Source: Candidatus Aminicenantes bacterium UBA2190
Lineage (GTDB): Bacteria > Acidobacteriota > Aminicenantia > UBA2199
Length of the DNA stretch: 64,000 bases
Direction of reading: 5' to 3'
NCBI GenBank assembly: GCA_002335385.1
Contig: DCVK01000071.1
Location: forward strand, 13,330-77,329
A program made the translations under genes and the position numbers. Shown piece after piece: positions 1-8,975 of the stretch. A model generated the notes under the pieces. The model did not search any database and was not told the DNA's origin. It saw nothing but the letters and a program-made list of their open reading frames with translations. Positions within the stretch are counted from its first letter, which is position 1. Each line of letters opens with the position of its first letter.

Positions 1-1
1 C

Positions 2-1192
2 GGCAGTCCGGAGTACATCCAGGGGCTGCAGCGGTCGCCGCGGCACTATTTTCAGCGCCCGGACGCCGGCCACCTTTCTCTCGACGACGGCGCCGCATCG
101 CTGAGCGGCTGGGCCGGCCGCGTCACCCTCAACCGCCAAAAAGGCAGCTTGATCTTCAACGCCGCCCTGGGCGGGATATCCCCGGGCTTCGAGGCCAACG
201 ACCTGGGCTACCAGTCGCGCGGCGACTACGTCAACACCCACCTGGCCGCCGGCTACCGCTGGCTCCATCCCGGCAAGCTCTTCCGCAATGCCCAGTTGCT
301 GGGAGCCACGGCCCGGAGCTGGGATTTCGGCGGTCATGCCCTCTTGGAGAACTATTACGTTTTTGCCTACGGCCAATTCCTGAATTATTGGGGCGGCGAG
401 ATCGACCTGGGGTACATCGACGCCGCCTTTGACAAGGAGGCCACGCGCGGCGGCGTCCTGCTGCGCCAGCCGCCCGCTTACTGGATCAACGGCTATTTTT
501 TCAGCGACAGCCGCAAACGGCTCGTGCTCTCCGTGTTCGGCGAAGCCTCGCGGCGGCGGGACGGCAGCTGGGACCTCGGCATCGGGCCCGAGCTTCTCTG
601 GAAGCCGCGCAGCAACGTCTCCTTCTCCATCGAGCCGGAGTTCGCGATCATCCGCAGCCATCGCCAGTGGGTGGCCAACGTCGCCGACCCGTTGATGACC
701 GCCACCTACGGTCGCCGCCACGTTTTCGCCCAATTGGACCAGAAGGTCCTCTCGGCCGAGATGCGCCTGAACTGGATCTTCTCCCCGCGCATCAGCCTGC
801 AGGCGTTCCTGCAGCCGCTGCTGGCCGTCGGCGCCTACTCCGGCTTCAAGGAACTGGCGCAGCCGGCCAGCCGGTGTTTCCGTTCCTATGGCTCGGACGG
901 TTCGACGATCGTCCGCGGTGCCGAGGGCTTTACTGTAGATCCCGACGGCACCGGCCCGGCGTCGTCGTTCACTTTCCCCGATCCCGACTTCAACTTCAAG
1001 TCGCTGCGCGGCACGGTGGTCTTCCGCTGGGAGTACCGCCCCGGTTCCACCCTCTACTTCGTCTGGACGCAGAACCGCCGGGACTTCGCCAACCCCGGCG
1101 ATTTCGATTTCAGGCGCGACCTCGGCGACCTGGTATCCGCCCAGGGCGACAATGTTTTCATGCTCAAGGCCACCTATCGATTCAATCTGTAG
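2..1192 (+). CDS. Outer-membrane beta-barrel-like protein, DUF5916-like (5' end lies outside the window)
   Basis: The frame is open from nt 2 with no stop, so the track's TTG at 149 is internal. Stop is TAG at 1190-1192. Alternating aromatic/hydrophobic strand pattern, ending ...KATYRFNL. The family name is from memory and unverified. Confidence 0.55.
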   Translation, partial: GSPEYIQGLQRSPRHYFQRPDAGHLSLDDGAASLSGWAGRVTLNRQKGSLIFNAALGGISPGFEANDLGYQSRGDYVNTHLAAGYRWLHPGKLFRNAQLLGATARSWDFGGHALLENYYVFAYGQFLNYWGGEIDLGYIDAAFDKEATRGGVLLRQPPAYWINGYFFSDSRKRLVLSVFGEASRRRDGSWDLGIGPELLWKPRSNVSFSIEPEFAIIRSHRQWVANVADPLMTATYGRRHVFAQLDQKVLSAEMRLNWIFSPRISLQAFLQPLLAVGAYSGFKELAQPASRCFRSYGSDGSTIVRGAEGFTVDPDGTGPASSFTFPDPDFNFKSLRGTVVFRWEYRPGSTLYFVWTQNRRDFANPGDFDFRRDLGDLVSAQGDNVFMLKATYRFNL

Positions 1193-1216
1193 GGATATAC
1201 GGCATCCAGTTCAAGC

Positions 1217-1662
1217 CAGACGGCAGGGGGAAAAGTGTCAGTGTCAGTGACAGTGTCAGTGTCACTGTCAGCAGGAAAGGAAAGTAATCGGTTGACGGTA
1301 GACGGTTTACGGTTAACGGTCAGGATGGGTAATATTAAGACCTAAATCCCATTTCTTCGTTTGGGTCAATGTCCCAGCCAGGGGATTTGGCAATTTGAAT
1401 TTATTTGGGATTTGGAATTTGGTGCTTGGAATTTAATTCTTCACATGTCACGCGTCACGAAGATCGATTTCTTCTCTTTGTTTTGGACATTGGGTATTTG
1501 GAGCTTGGAATTTGTTTGGAATTTGGTGCTTGAGATTTGGAATTTAAGTCCTAATATTGCCTTTTTCTGACCCTCTACCGTAAACCGTCAACCGTACACC
1601 GAGTTCGCTCTGATGTTTTTTCCCTGCCGTCTACCGTCCGCCGTAAACCGTCAACCGTCCAC
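1217..1662. repeat. Mosaic intergenic element, copy A (6/7-nt periodic arrays plus AT-rich TTGGAAT-type core, nested inverted repeat)
   Basis: GTGTCA x6 at 1235-1270. NACGGTN heptamers at 1289-1321, with reverse-complement arrays at 1574-1600 and 1625-1662. Two direct AT-rich copies at 1354-1440 and 1470-1569. CACGCGT units at 1442-1460. Outer arms 1217-1350 and 1539-1662 are imperfect reverse complements. Confidence 0.85.
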
Positions 1663-1676
1663 CAAGCTCTTATAGT

Positions 1677-4424
1677 TCAATACACATTGCCGATGCCGAT
1701 CTGCACCAGGAAGTTCTGCTCGGCGGCCTTGCGCAGGTTGAAGGCGAAGTCAAGGCGGATGGGGCCCAGCGGCGTGCGGTACTTCAGGCCGAAGCCCAGT
1801 GCGCGTTCCATCTTCTTCAGGTTGAGGTCCGTGGACTTGCCGAACACGTTGCCCACGTCGGCGAAGAACGTGTAGAACAGGTTCTCCATGGGCAGCAGAA
1901 TGCTGGGCACGGTGGCCTCCAGGTTGAGCAGCAGCAGGATATTGCCGCCCTCGGGCTTGTCCGTATCGAGATTGATGGGGCCCAGGCGGTCGTTGCGCGT
2001 GCCGCGGAAGGAGTGCGAACCGCCGGCGAAGAAGCGCTCGGTGATCGACATGTCGCCGAAGCCGATGCCGTTCTTGACCGAGACGCTGAAGGTGCCGTCG
2101 CGCAGGAAGGGGTAGTGGCGTTGGTAGTTCCAGAAGAACTTCAGGAACGTGTAGTCCTTCTCGAACACGGGCAGGCCGAGCTTCAGGTCGGCGGTCAGGA
2201 AATGGCCGTTGCGGGGGTTGAACGGGTCATTGCGCCCCTCGTTGACGAAGGAGAGCGACAGGGCGGTGGTGTTGAAGGGTTTGTCCAGCTGGTCGACGCC
2301 GAACACCGGGATCTCCAGCCATGTGAGCGAGGTGCGGTACCACTTGGCCGAGCCGAGCAGGTACAGCTTGTCGGAGAATTTTTTCACGAACGAAGCGCCC
2401 AGCCCCCAGCGCTTGAAGCGGTAGCTGGGGTAGGTCTCGTCCTCTTCCCAGAGCTGGAGCGACGAAGTGATCTTCTGGTCGAAGAACAGGGGGGTGTCGA
2501 CGGTCAGGATGCCCCGGCGATCGTTGACCACCAGCTGCTTGTCGCGCGTGTTGATGCCCAGTTGCAGGGTGGCGGCGACGGACGAGGTCGATTGGAACAG
2601 GTTCCTTTCCTGGAACTCGAGCGTGCCGCGCGGGCCGCGGCGCTCCTCCCAGCCGACGCCGAAGCCGTAGAGGCGGCTGCGGTCGGGGGTGACCCGCACC
2701 AGGACATCGAGGACCTCGCCCTTCCTGGCGATCTTCTCCACGCGTACCTCGGAAAAAATGGCGCTGTTCTCGACATCGGTGCGGAAGGCGTCGAGTTGGT
2801 TGCGGCTGAACGGCTGCCCCCGGCGCAGCGGGAACAGTTTGCGCAAGAACCGGCGCTGGGAGGAGGAGGCGCCGATGAGGATCAGTTCGCCCATGCGCTG
2901 GCGCTCGTTCTCGCGGATGGTGATCAGCAGCGACTTCTCCTCGCCCGGGGAAAGCTCGTAGCTGACGACGGCGTCGTCGTAGCCCATGTCCCAGTAGAAA
3001 TTCTGCAGCCGGGCGATGTCGTCGCTGAACTGCTTGGGAACATAGGGGCTGCCGGTGCGGCTCTTCAGCAGCCGGTAGAGGTCGGTGCTGGCGAAAGCGC
3101 GGTTGCCGTTGAACTCGACGCTGCCCATGCGCAAGGACAGGCCCTCGCTGATGACGAAGTCGATGTCGACGCGGCGGCCGCGGAAGCTCGGTTCCAGGCG
3201 GATCTCGATGGGCGAGATGCCCTGGTAGTAGTAGTAGAGCTTGAGCACTTCCAGGTCGGCCACCAGGGAATTGAGCCGCAGCCAGAACAGCTTGTTGAAC
3301 AGCAGATCGTCGGCGCGGATGATCGCCTGGATCTTCTCGTCGCTCAGCGCCTGGTTGCCGCTGGCGGTGATCGCTCCCAACCGGTAGCGGCTGTTCTTTT
3401 GCGCCGTGAACACGATGGTCTTGTCCGCGCCGCGGGTGGTGACGGAGGATGCGATGCGGGCATCGAAGTAGCCCTCGTTCTTCAGGTGATTCAGCAGCCG
3501 GGCCCGGCTCTCCTCCTCGGCCCATTTCTCGAAGACCTGCCGCTCCCAGACGTCGGAGATCAGCGACATCCTGTCGGTCATGCCGTGGAAAAAGAAATGG
3601 TAGCGGAAGCCGCAGGCGATGGTCACCGTTACGTTGACCGCCGTGCGTTCGGGGTCCGAAAATTCCTCCTGCACCTTGATCTCCGGGAAATAATAGCGGT
3701 GCTCCTTCAGCCGCTTGCGGGCCTTTTCGCCCGCCTTGGCGAATTCGTCCGGGACATAGTGGCTGCGGCCGCCGTAAAAGCCGAGAATGGCGCCCGCCTG
3801 CTCCGGGTCATCGACGTCCACCACCAGGCGCGCGATGCGGGCGATGCGTCCCGGGGCGATGACGAACTGCACGGTGCAGGAGGAGCGGTCCCCGGAAAGG
3901 CTGACGCGGGGGGACACCCGGGCGTTGAAGTATCCTCGCGAGCGGAACAGGGTCTGCAGCTCCTCCACCGCCTTGGGCAGACGGCTCTCCTCGAACAACT
4001 CGCCCCGGCGCAGGGAATAAATGGCCGACCGCATCGCCTTCGTCCGCAGCGGCGGATCGCCGCTGAACTCCAGGGCGCGAACGCGCGGCTTGCGCTGCAA
4101 AAGGAAGAGGACGTCCAGCCCTCCGCCTTCCCTTTCCCGGACCTTGACCTCGATGCCGGCGAACAGGCCGGTGCGGTTCAGCCTCTCGATGTTGCGCCGG
4201 ACGTCGGGGTAGCGGTAGGGCTCGCCGCGGCGCAGGTCGACCAGGGGACGGTAGGGGAGCAGCCCGGCAGCGGCCTGCCCGTCGTCATCCAGCAGCAGCA
4301 CCTGGTCGATGAGCCGCTCCGACCCGGCGGCCGGTGCGGCGGCCAGCAGGCCGGCCGCCAGCGCCAGGAGCAGGCAGGCGGGCGCCAGCCGCTTGCGGGT
4401 GGGGAGTGCGTTGCGGCGTTCCAT
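1677..4424 (-). CDS. bamA: Outer membrane protein assembly factor, BamA/TamA (Omp85) family
   Basis: 915 aa. N-terminal signal peptide ([17 protein letters not shown]), repeated POTRA-like modules, and a C-terminal Omp85/D15-type barrel region (...GPIRLDFAFNL...). Sits immediately downstream of tamB. Confidence 0.85.
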   Translation of the reverse strand: MERRNALPTRKRLAPACLLLALAAGLLAAAPAAGSERLIDQVLLLDDDGQAAAGLLPYRPLVDLRRGEPYRYPDVRRNIERLNRTGLFAGIEVKVREREGGGLDVLFLLQRKPRVRALEFSGDPPLRTKAMRSAIYSLRRGELFEESRLPKAVEELQTLFRSRGYFNARVSPRVSLSGDRSSCTVQFVIAPGRIARIARLVVDVDDPEQAGAILGFYGGRSHYVPDEFAKAGEKARKRLKEHRYYFPEIKVQEEFSDPERTAVNVTVTIACGFRYHFFFHGMTDRMSLISDVWERQVFEKWAEEESRARLLNHLKNEGYFDARIASSVTTRGADKTIVFTAQKNSRYRLGAITASGNQALSDEKIQAIIRADDLLFNKLFWLRLNSLVADLEVLKLYYYYQGISPIEIRLEPSFRGRRVDIDFVISEGLSLRMGSVEFNGNRAFASTDLYRLLKSRTGSPYVPKQFSDDIARLQNFYWDMGYDDAVVSYELSPGEEKSLLITIRENERQRMGELILIGASSSQRRFLRKLFPLRRGQPFSRNQLDAFRTDVENSAIFSEVRVEKIARKGEVLDVLVRVTPDRSRLYGFGVGWEERRGPRGTLEFQERNLFQSTSSVAATLQLGINTRDKQLVVNDRRGILTVDTPLFFDQKITSSLQLWEEDETYPSYRFKRWGLGASFVKKFSDKLYLLGSAKWYRTSLTWLEIPVFGVDQLDKPFNTTALSLSFVNEGRNDPFNPRNGHFLTADLKLGLPVFEKDYTFLKFFWNYQRHYPFLRDGTFSVSVKNGIGFGDMSITERFFAGGSHSFRGTRNDRLGPINLDTDKPEGGNILLLLNLEATVPSILLPMENLFYTFFADVGNVFGKSTDLNLKKMERALGFGLKYRTPLGPIRLDFAFNLRKAAEQNFLVQIGIGNVY

Positions 4425-4431
4425 GGGCCCC

Positions 4432-7400
4432 TCAGCGCCGGGAGCGCAGGCGCAGGTCGAGGCTGTAGCGCCCTTCCTGGTTGCGCATGGCGATCAGCGA
4501 CATGGTCGGGGAAAGCTGGTATTGCAGGTAGAGGATCTCCTGGCGGGCGGTGGAGAGGGTGGTGGAGTAGACGACGACCAGATCCTTGGAGATCGACTTG
4601 CCGATGGTCAGCCGCGAGGTGTCCACGGTCGACTGCCCGGAAACGGAAAAGACGGGATCGATGCGCAGCATGTCGATCCCCAGCAGCTGGTTGGCCCGGT
4701 TCTTGATCTCTTCGGTCAGCTTGGCGGTGACCAGGGCGGTGCCGCCTTCGCGCGAGCTGATCTCCAGGGAGCCGGAGCGCTGGAACACCTCGCCCAGGGA
4801 CACCAGGGCCAGGATGTCCTGGATCGGCAGCGGCGGCGAGGAGCTCAGCTCGGGCTTGGCGCGCGAGGCGCTGCCGCGGATGTCGAAGCGGATGCGGTAA
4901 CTCTGGATGAAGGCCTCCGACTCGACGTGGATCAAGGGGTCGATGACGGCGTTGTTGTTGAACACCAGCTTGGCCTTCACCAGGCTGAAGGAGCGGTCGG
5001 AGAAATAGATCTCCCCCTGGCTGCCTTCGCAGCTGCCGCTCAGGATCGGGAAGCTGGCGGTGCCGGTCAGGCGCAGCTTGAAGCGGCCGCGGATGCGCCC
5101 CAGCGAGTTCTGCATCAGGATGCTCTCGCTGGCCATGGCGATGTCCAGCCGCAGCATCTCGAGGATCTTGGACTCGGCGGTGGATAGCTGCGAGCGGGTG
5201 CTGAATACGATGCGCTCGTCGATCTCGCGCAGCCAGTCGACCGTTTGAAAAGCCAGGGAACCCGAAAGCAGAAGATGTTTCTCCGCGTATTTCAGGGTCA
5301 GGCTGGGACTGACCAGGCAGGAAGTGCGGTCCATGGGATAGAGGCGCAGGTCCTTGCCCTGCAGGTTGAGGGTCATTTCCTGCAGTTCGCCCTCCGCCAC
5401 GATCAGCTGGCCGTTGCCCTCCACCGGGCCGCCCCCCATCTTGCCGCGCAGCGACTGCAGGGAGAAATTCGTGCCGGTGAAAGTGACCGTAGCCTGAAAG
5501 TCGTCCAGCGAGTGGGAAAAGTTCGGCAGCGAGAGGGTGCTCCCGGAGAACACGGCCACGCCGCGGCTGTGCATGCCGCCGTCGCTTCCGCTGTAGATCT
5601 GCCCCAGCAGGCGCATGGTGCCGGAGTTGTTCTTCCAGGGGATGAGCAGGTTGAGGTCGTTGAGCTCGAACTGGAAATTGCCGTCGTATCTCCCCTGGCG
5701 GAGACCGAGATCGAGCTTGTAGGGGAAAGCGCCGAGTTCATCGGTCACTTCGCCCTGGGCGGACAAACTGAAGTCGGAGAAATCGGTCAGCAGCGCGGCC
5801 GTGCCGCGGGCGCTGAAACCGCGGTCAGGGTAGTAGAACATGTCGTGGCAGCGATAGGATACGCTCAGCGGGTCCTTCATGAACTCGCCGCGGCCGTCGA
5901 TCTCCAGGTCGGCGCGGCCCTGGAAGCCCCCCAGCCACTGCGAGACGTCGAGGCCGGCGATGCGGCCCTGGATGTCGAACTGCCGGCGGGAGAAATCGAT
6001 GCGCACGTCGCCCTGGGCCCGGCCGCCGCGGTGGGTGAATTCGAGCCCCGACAGGCCGATGTCCTCCAGGTGGGAGCGCAGTTCGCCCTTGACCCGCTCA
6101 AGGGCGTAGCCCATGAACGTCAGGCGGTCGGCCGTGAAATTCCCGTGCACCTCGGGCTCCTTCAGCGCCTTGCCTGTGCTGTAGGTGAAGTCGCCCGCGA
6201 TCCGGCCTTGCAGGGCCACGTCCAGGTTGAGGATCCTCATGATCTTGTGTGCCTCGCCCTGCAGATCGGGGAAGCGGATGGCGGTCCTGCCGGCGGCGAT
6301 GGACAGCTCGATGCGGGAATCCAGGTCGGCAGCCGCGACGGTGATGTCGCCGCGGGTCCCCGGCGGCGCGTGGTGCACTTCGCCTTTCAGGCTGGATATG
6401 GCCTGGCGGTTGACCCGGAAGCCGTCCAGGCGGAAGCGGCTGTCGATGCGTTTGCGGCCCCGGCGCCTGTCGATCACGAGCTCGAAGGCGCCGCTGCCAC
6501 CGCTCAATTTCCAGGGCCGCAGGTCGATGTCCAGGTAGTGGGCCGAGTAGGGAGCGATGTTCTCCATGTCGTTGAGGGCGGCGTCGATGCGGATTTCCGT
6601 GGTGTGGGCCAGCGAATCGATCAGCCCCTTAATGCTGAGCTCGCCGGCTCCGAGCTGCAGCTTCTGCCCCGAGAACATGGTCCGTTTGGCCTTCTTGTCG
6701 CGCTGGAATTCGATGCCGCCCCGGAAGACGAAGGGGCGGTTGAGCGGCTGCGAGGGGGCGGCGTCCAGGTCGGCCCGGCCGCGGATGAATCCCGGGACGA
6801 ACTCCACCTCGCCGCGGCGGACGATGCCGGCCAGCGGCGCGTCGTCGGTGATGTCCAGGATGTCGGCGATGGCCGCGGCGGGCAGGTCCTGGAACGAGAT
6901 GCGGGTCTCCTTGCCCCGGTTGGCCACGCTCAGCTTCGTCCGCGCCAGCTCGCTGTGGAAGGAGGCCTCCAGCTCCAGGGTCCGGCCCAGGCTGTTCCAC
7001 TGCGCCGTGCCGCGCAGGTCGCGGCAGCGGTTTTCCTTGATGCGGCAGGAGGGCGAGTTGAAGTCGGCGCTGAGGCGCACGACATGCTGCGCGTCCCGGG
7101 TGATGCGGGCGTCGGCGTAGGTCAGGCCGTTGACGGCCAGCTCATCCAGCAGGGGCAGCAGGACGTTGTCCGGGTTGCCCTGGGCCGACACGTTGAAATG
7201 GTAGGCGCCTTGCGGCAGCAGGCGGCCGTTGAGGCCGAAGCGCAGCCGGCTGGTCTGCCAGGCGAAGCGGCTGATCTTCCAGTTATCTCCCTGCTGGTGG
7301 ACCTCGGCGGACATATTGCCCTCCAGCGACACCGGATCGCCGCTCACCGGCAGCGTGACCTTCAGATGGGGTGAATCGACGCGAAAGGAGTAGCCCTCGG

Positions 7401-7818
7401 CCAGGCTACCCGACTGCAGGTTGAAGGCGAGAAGCTGGGCTTCGATGTCCCGGCCCCGGAAGCGCAGCTCCCCGTTGCGGATGCGGATGCGCTGGATGGT
7501 GAAGGAGGAGCCGAGTCCCTTGCCGCCGGGCCTGCCCTTGAGGAGCGTATCGTCGAGGATGAACAGCGGCCGCTCGATCTCGATGCTGACGGCCTTTTTC
7601 TTCATGAACAGCGATGTCGGCGGCAGGTAGACGTTGACGCCGGCGAACGAGACCAGGTTGTCGTCGCGGATGGGAAAATCCTTGATGTTGCGGATCTCCA
7701 GGCCCAGGGGAAAGAGGGAGAGTCGCAGGTCGCTGAAGCGGACCGCGACGGCGCCGCCGCGGGCGATCAGGCGATAGACATAGTATTTCGCGCCGTAATA
7801 GGCGCCGGTGCATAGCAA
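4432..7818 (-). CDS. tamB: Translocation and assembly module protein TamB (DUF490 C-terminus); the 5' end is probably at ATG 7862, across a T9 tract
   Basis: 1128 aa, beta-rich, with a DUF490-like C-terminus (...RLTIGKSISKDLVVVYSTTLS...YLQYQLSPTMSLIAMRNQEGRYSLDLRLR). The track start is a TTG inside a hydrophobic segment. See the finding on the homopolymer at 7825-7833. Confidence 0.8.
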   Translation of the reverse strand: MLCTGAYYGAKYYVYRLIARGGAVAVRFSDLRLSLFPLGLEIRNIKDFPIRDDNLVSFAGVNVYLPPTSLFMKKKAVSIEIERPLFILDDTLLKGRPGGKGLGSSFTIQRIRIRNGELRFRGRDIEAQLLAFNLQSGSLAEGYSFRVDSPHLKVTLPVSGDPVSLEGNMSAEVHQQGDNWKISRFAWQTSRLRFGLNGRLLPQGAYHFNVSAQGNPDNVLLPLLDELAVNGLTYADARITRDAQHVVRLSADFNSPSCRIKENRCRDLRGTAQWNSLGRTLELEASFHSELARTKLSVANRGKETRISFQDLPAAAIADILDITDDAPLAGIVRRGEVEFVPGFIRGRADLDAAPSQPLNRPFVFRGGIEFQRDKKAKRTMFSGQKLQLGAGELSIKGLIDSLAHTTEIRIDAALNDMENIAPYSAHYLDIDLRPWKLSGGSGAFELVIDRRRGRKRIDSRFRLDGFRVNRQAISSLKGEVHHAPPGTRGDITVAAADLDSRIELSIAAGRTAIRFPDLQGEAHKIMRILNLDVALQGRIAGDFTYSTGKALKEPEVHGNFTADRLTFMGYALERVKGELRSHLEDIGLSGLEFTHRGGRAQGDVRIDFSRRQFDIQGRIAGLDVSQWLGGFQGRADLEIDGRGEFMKDPLSVSYRCHDMFYYPDRGFSARGTAALLTDFSDFSLSAQGEVTDELGAFPYKLDLGLRQGRYDGNFQFELNDLNLLIPWKNNSGTMRLLGQIYSGSDGGMHSRGVAVFSGSTLSLPNFSHSLDDFQATVTFTGTNFSLQSLRGKMGGGPVEGNGQLIVAEGELQEMTLNLQGKDLRLYPMDRTSCLVSPSLTLKYAEKHLLLSGSLAFQTVDWLREIDERIVFSTRSQLSTAESKILEMLRLDIAMASESILMQNSLGRIRGRFKLRLTGTASFPILSGSCEGSQGEIYFSDRSFSLVKAKLVFNNNAVIDPLIHVESEAFIQSYRIRFDIRGSASRAKPELSSSPPLPIQDILALVSLGEVFQRSGSLEISSREGGTALVTAKLTEEIKNRANQLLGIDMLRIDPVFSVSGQSTVDTSRLTIGKSISKDLVVVYSTTLSTARQEILYLQYQLSPTMSLIAMRNQEGRYSLDLRLRSRR

Positions 7819-7865
7819 AAGTGTAAAAAAAAACCGATCAGGAGCTTGAACTTTTTCTTCATCCT

Positions 7866-8510
7866 TCAGCGCTTGACTTTTTCCCAGTCCTTGAGGAAGC
7901 GCTCCATGCCGGAGGTGGTGAGGGGGTGGTTCAGGAGTTGCGCCAGGGTGGCGAAAGGAATGGTGGCCACGTGGGCGCCGATGCGCGCCGCTTCCACGAA
8001 GTGCAGCGGGTGGCGCACCGAGGCGACGATGATCTCGGTGGCGATCTCGTAGTTTTCGAAAATGAGGGCGATGTCCTCGACCAGGGCCATGCCGTCGCCG
8101 GAGATGTCGTCAACGCGGCCGACGAACGGCGACACGTAGGTCGCACCGGCCTTGGCGGCCAGCAGCGCCTGCGAGGGGGAGAATATCAGCGTGACGTTGG
8201 TCTTGATGCCGCGCCCGGAGAGGGCTTTGACCACCTGCAGCCCTTCCAGGTTGATCGGGACCTTGACGACCACATTGGCGGCAAGAGCGGCATAAGCTTC
8301 GGCCTGGGCGATCATCTCCTGCGGATGGCTGGCCGTCACCTCGACGGATACCGGCCCCGGGACCAGCGCGGCGATCTCCCGCACCAGGGGGATGAACTCC
8401 TTGCCCTCCTTGGCGACCAGGCTGGGGTTGGTGGTGACGCCGTCGATGACTCCGTACGCCAGGGCTTTCTTGATCTCAGTGATGCTGGCCGTGTCCAAGA
8501 ATATTTTCAT
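7866..8510 (-). CDS. tal: Transaldolase / fructose-6-phosphate aldolase (short type 3B family)
   Basis: [31 protein letters not shown]... is the classic family N-terminus. 214 aa counted from the ATG at 8510, which has a GGAG 7 nt upstream. The track's longer ORF (to 8573) adds 21 non-conserved residues. Confidence 0.9.
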   Translation of the reverse strand: MKIFLDTASITEIKKALAYGVIDGVTTNPSLVAKEGKEFIPLVREIAALVPGPVSVEVTASHPQEMIAQAEAYAALAANVVVKVPINLEGLQVVKALSGRGIKTNVTLIFSPSQALLAAKAGATYVSPFVGRVDDISGDGMALVEDIALIFENYEIATEIIVASVRHPLHFVEAARIGAHVATIPFATLAQLLNHPLTTSGMERFLKDWEKVKR

Positions 8511-8574
8511 GATGCTTCTCCATTCCTGAGCGGTTCCCATTATAACAAATTCACGGGAAAAAGTAACGAACAAT

Positions 8575-8970
8575 CGGAACGCGGAACACGTTATGCGTTA
8601 TGCGTGATGAGAAAGAACAAGAACTTTAAATTCGTGACGCGTAACGCGTGACGCGTGACATGTGAAGAATTAAATTCCAAATCCCAAGCACCAAATTCCA
8701 AATAAATATCAAATTCCAAATTCCAATTACCCAAACAAAGACACTCACAGGTTCTTCTCTTCGTTTGGGTCAAAGTCCCCGCCAGGGGATTTGGTAATTG
8801 GTGATTGGTATTTGTTTGTGATTTGGAGCTTGGGATTTGGAAATTAAGTCCCAATATTGCCTTTTTCTGCCTGTCAACCGTTCACCAATTACTTTCATTT
8901 CCTGCTGACACTATCACTAACACTGGACTCGTCTCTAATTCTTGCTGACGCTGTCACTGACACTTGCTGT
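8575..8970. repeat. Mosaic intergenic element, copy B
   Basis: Heptamer arrays at 8575-8607 (cgcggaa/cacgtta/tgcgtta/tgcgtga) and CGTGACG x4 at 8633-8660. AT-rich inverted arms at about 8663-8741 and 8757-8850. TGACAC-type hexamers at 8906-8929 and 8945-8968. Blocks 8758-8798 and 8836-8869 are near-identical to 1354-1394 and 1536-1569. Confidence 0.85.
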
Positions 8971-8975
8971 TCGTT

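Noticed and set aside
1235-1321. Possible CRISPR array, suggested by the regular short repeats in the intergenic regions.
   Set aside because: The units are 6-7 nt and directly abutting, with no spacers. There is no 25-40-nt repeat/spacer alternation and there are no cas genes.
1361-1570. ORFs translating the AT-rich repeat cores into WNLEF-type peptides (1361-1570 +, 8591-8854 -, 35803-35991 +, 35325-35792 -).
   Set aside because: A TTGGAAT heptamer array has no stop codon in any frame, since it reads L-E-F-G-I-W-N cyclically. Open frames are therefore an automatic by-product. The similarity between copies is at the DNA level in both orientations. No RBS or consistent start was found.
2013-4706. 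Very long ORFs antisense to, or out of frame with, real genes. Examples: 2013-4706 (+), 5245-7374 (+), 14348-16618 (-), 21565-23994 (+), 37087-39600 (+), 43841-47236 (-), 51590-53494 (-), 56681-58681 (+), 60641-62212 (+).
   Set aside because: Their products are Arg/Ala/Gly/Pro-rich low-complexity strings with no recognisable motifs. Each fully overlaps a gene with clear family signatures. Stop-codon-poor alternative frames are expected at this GC content.
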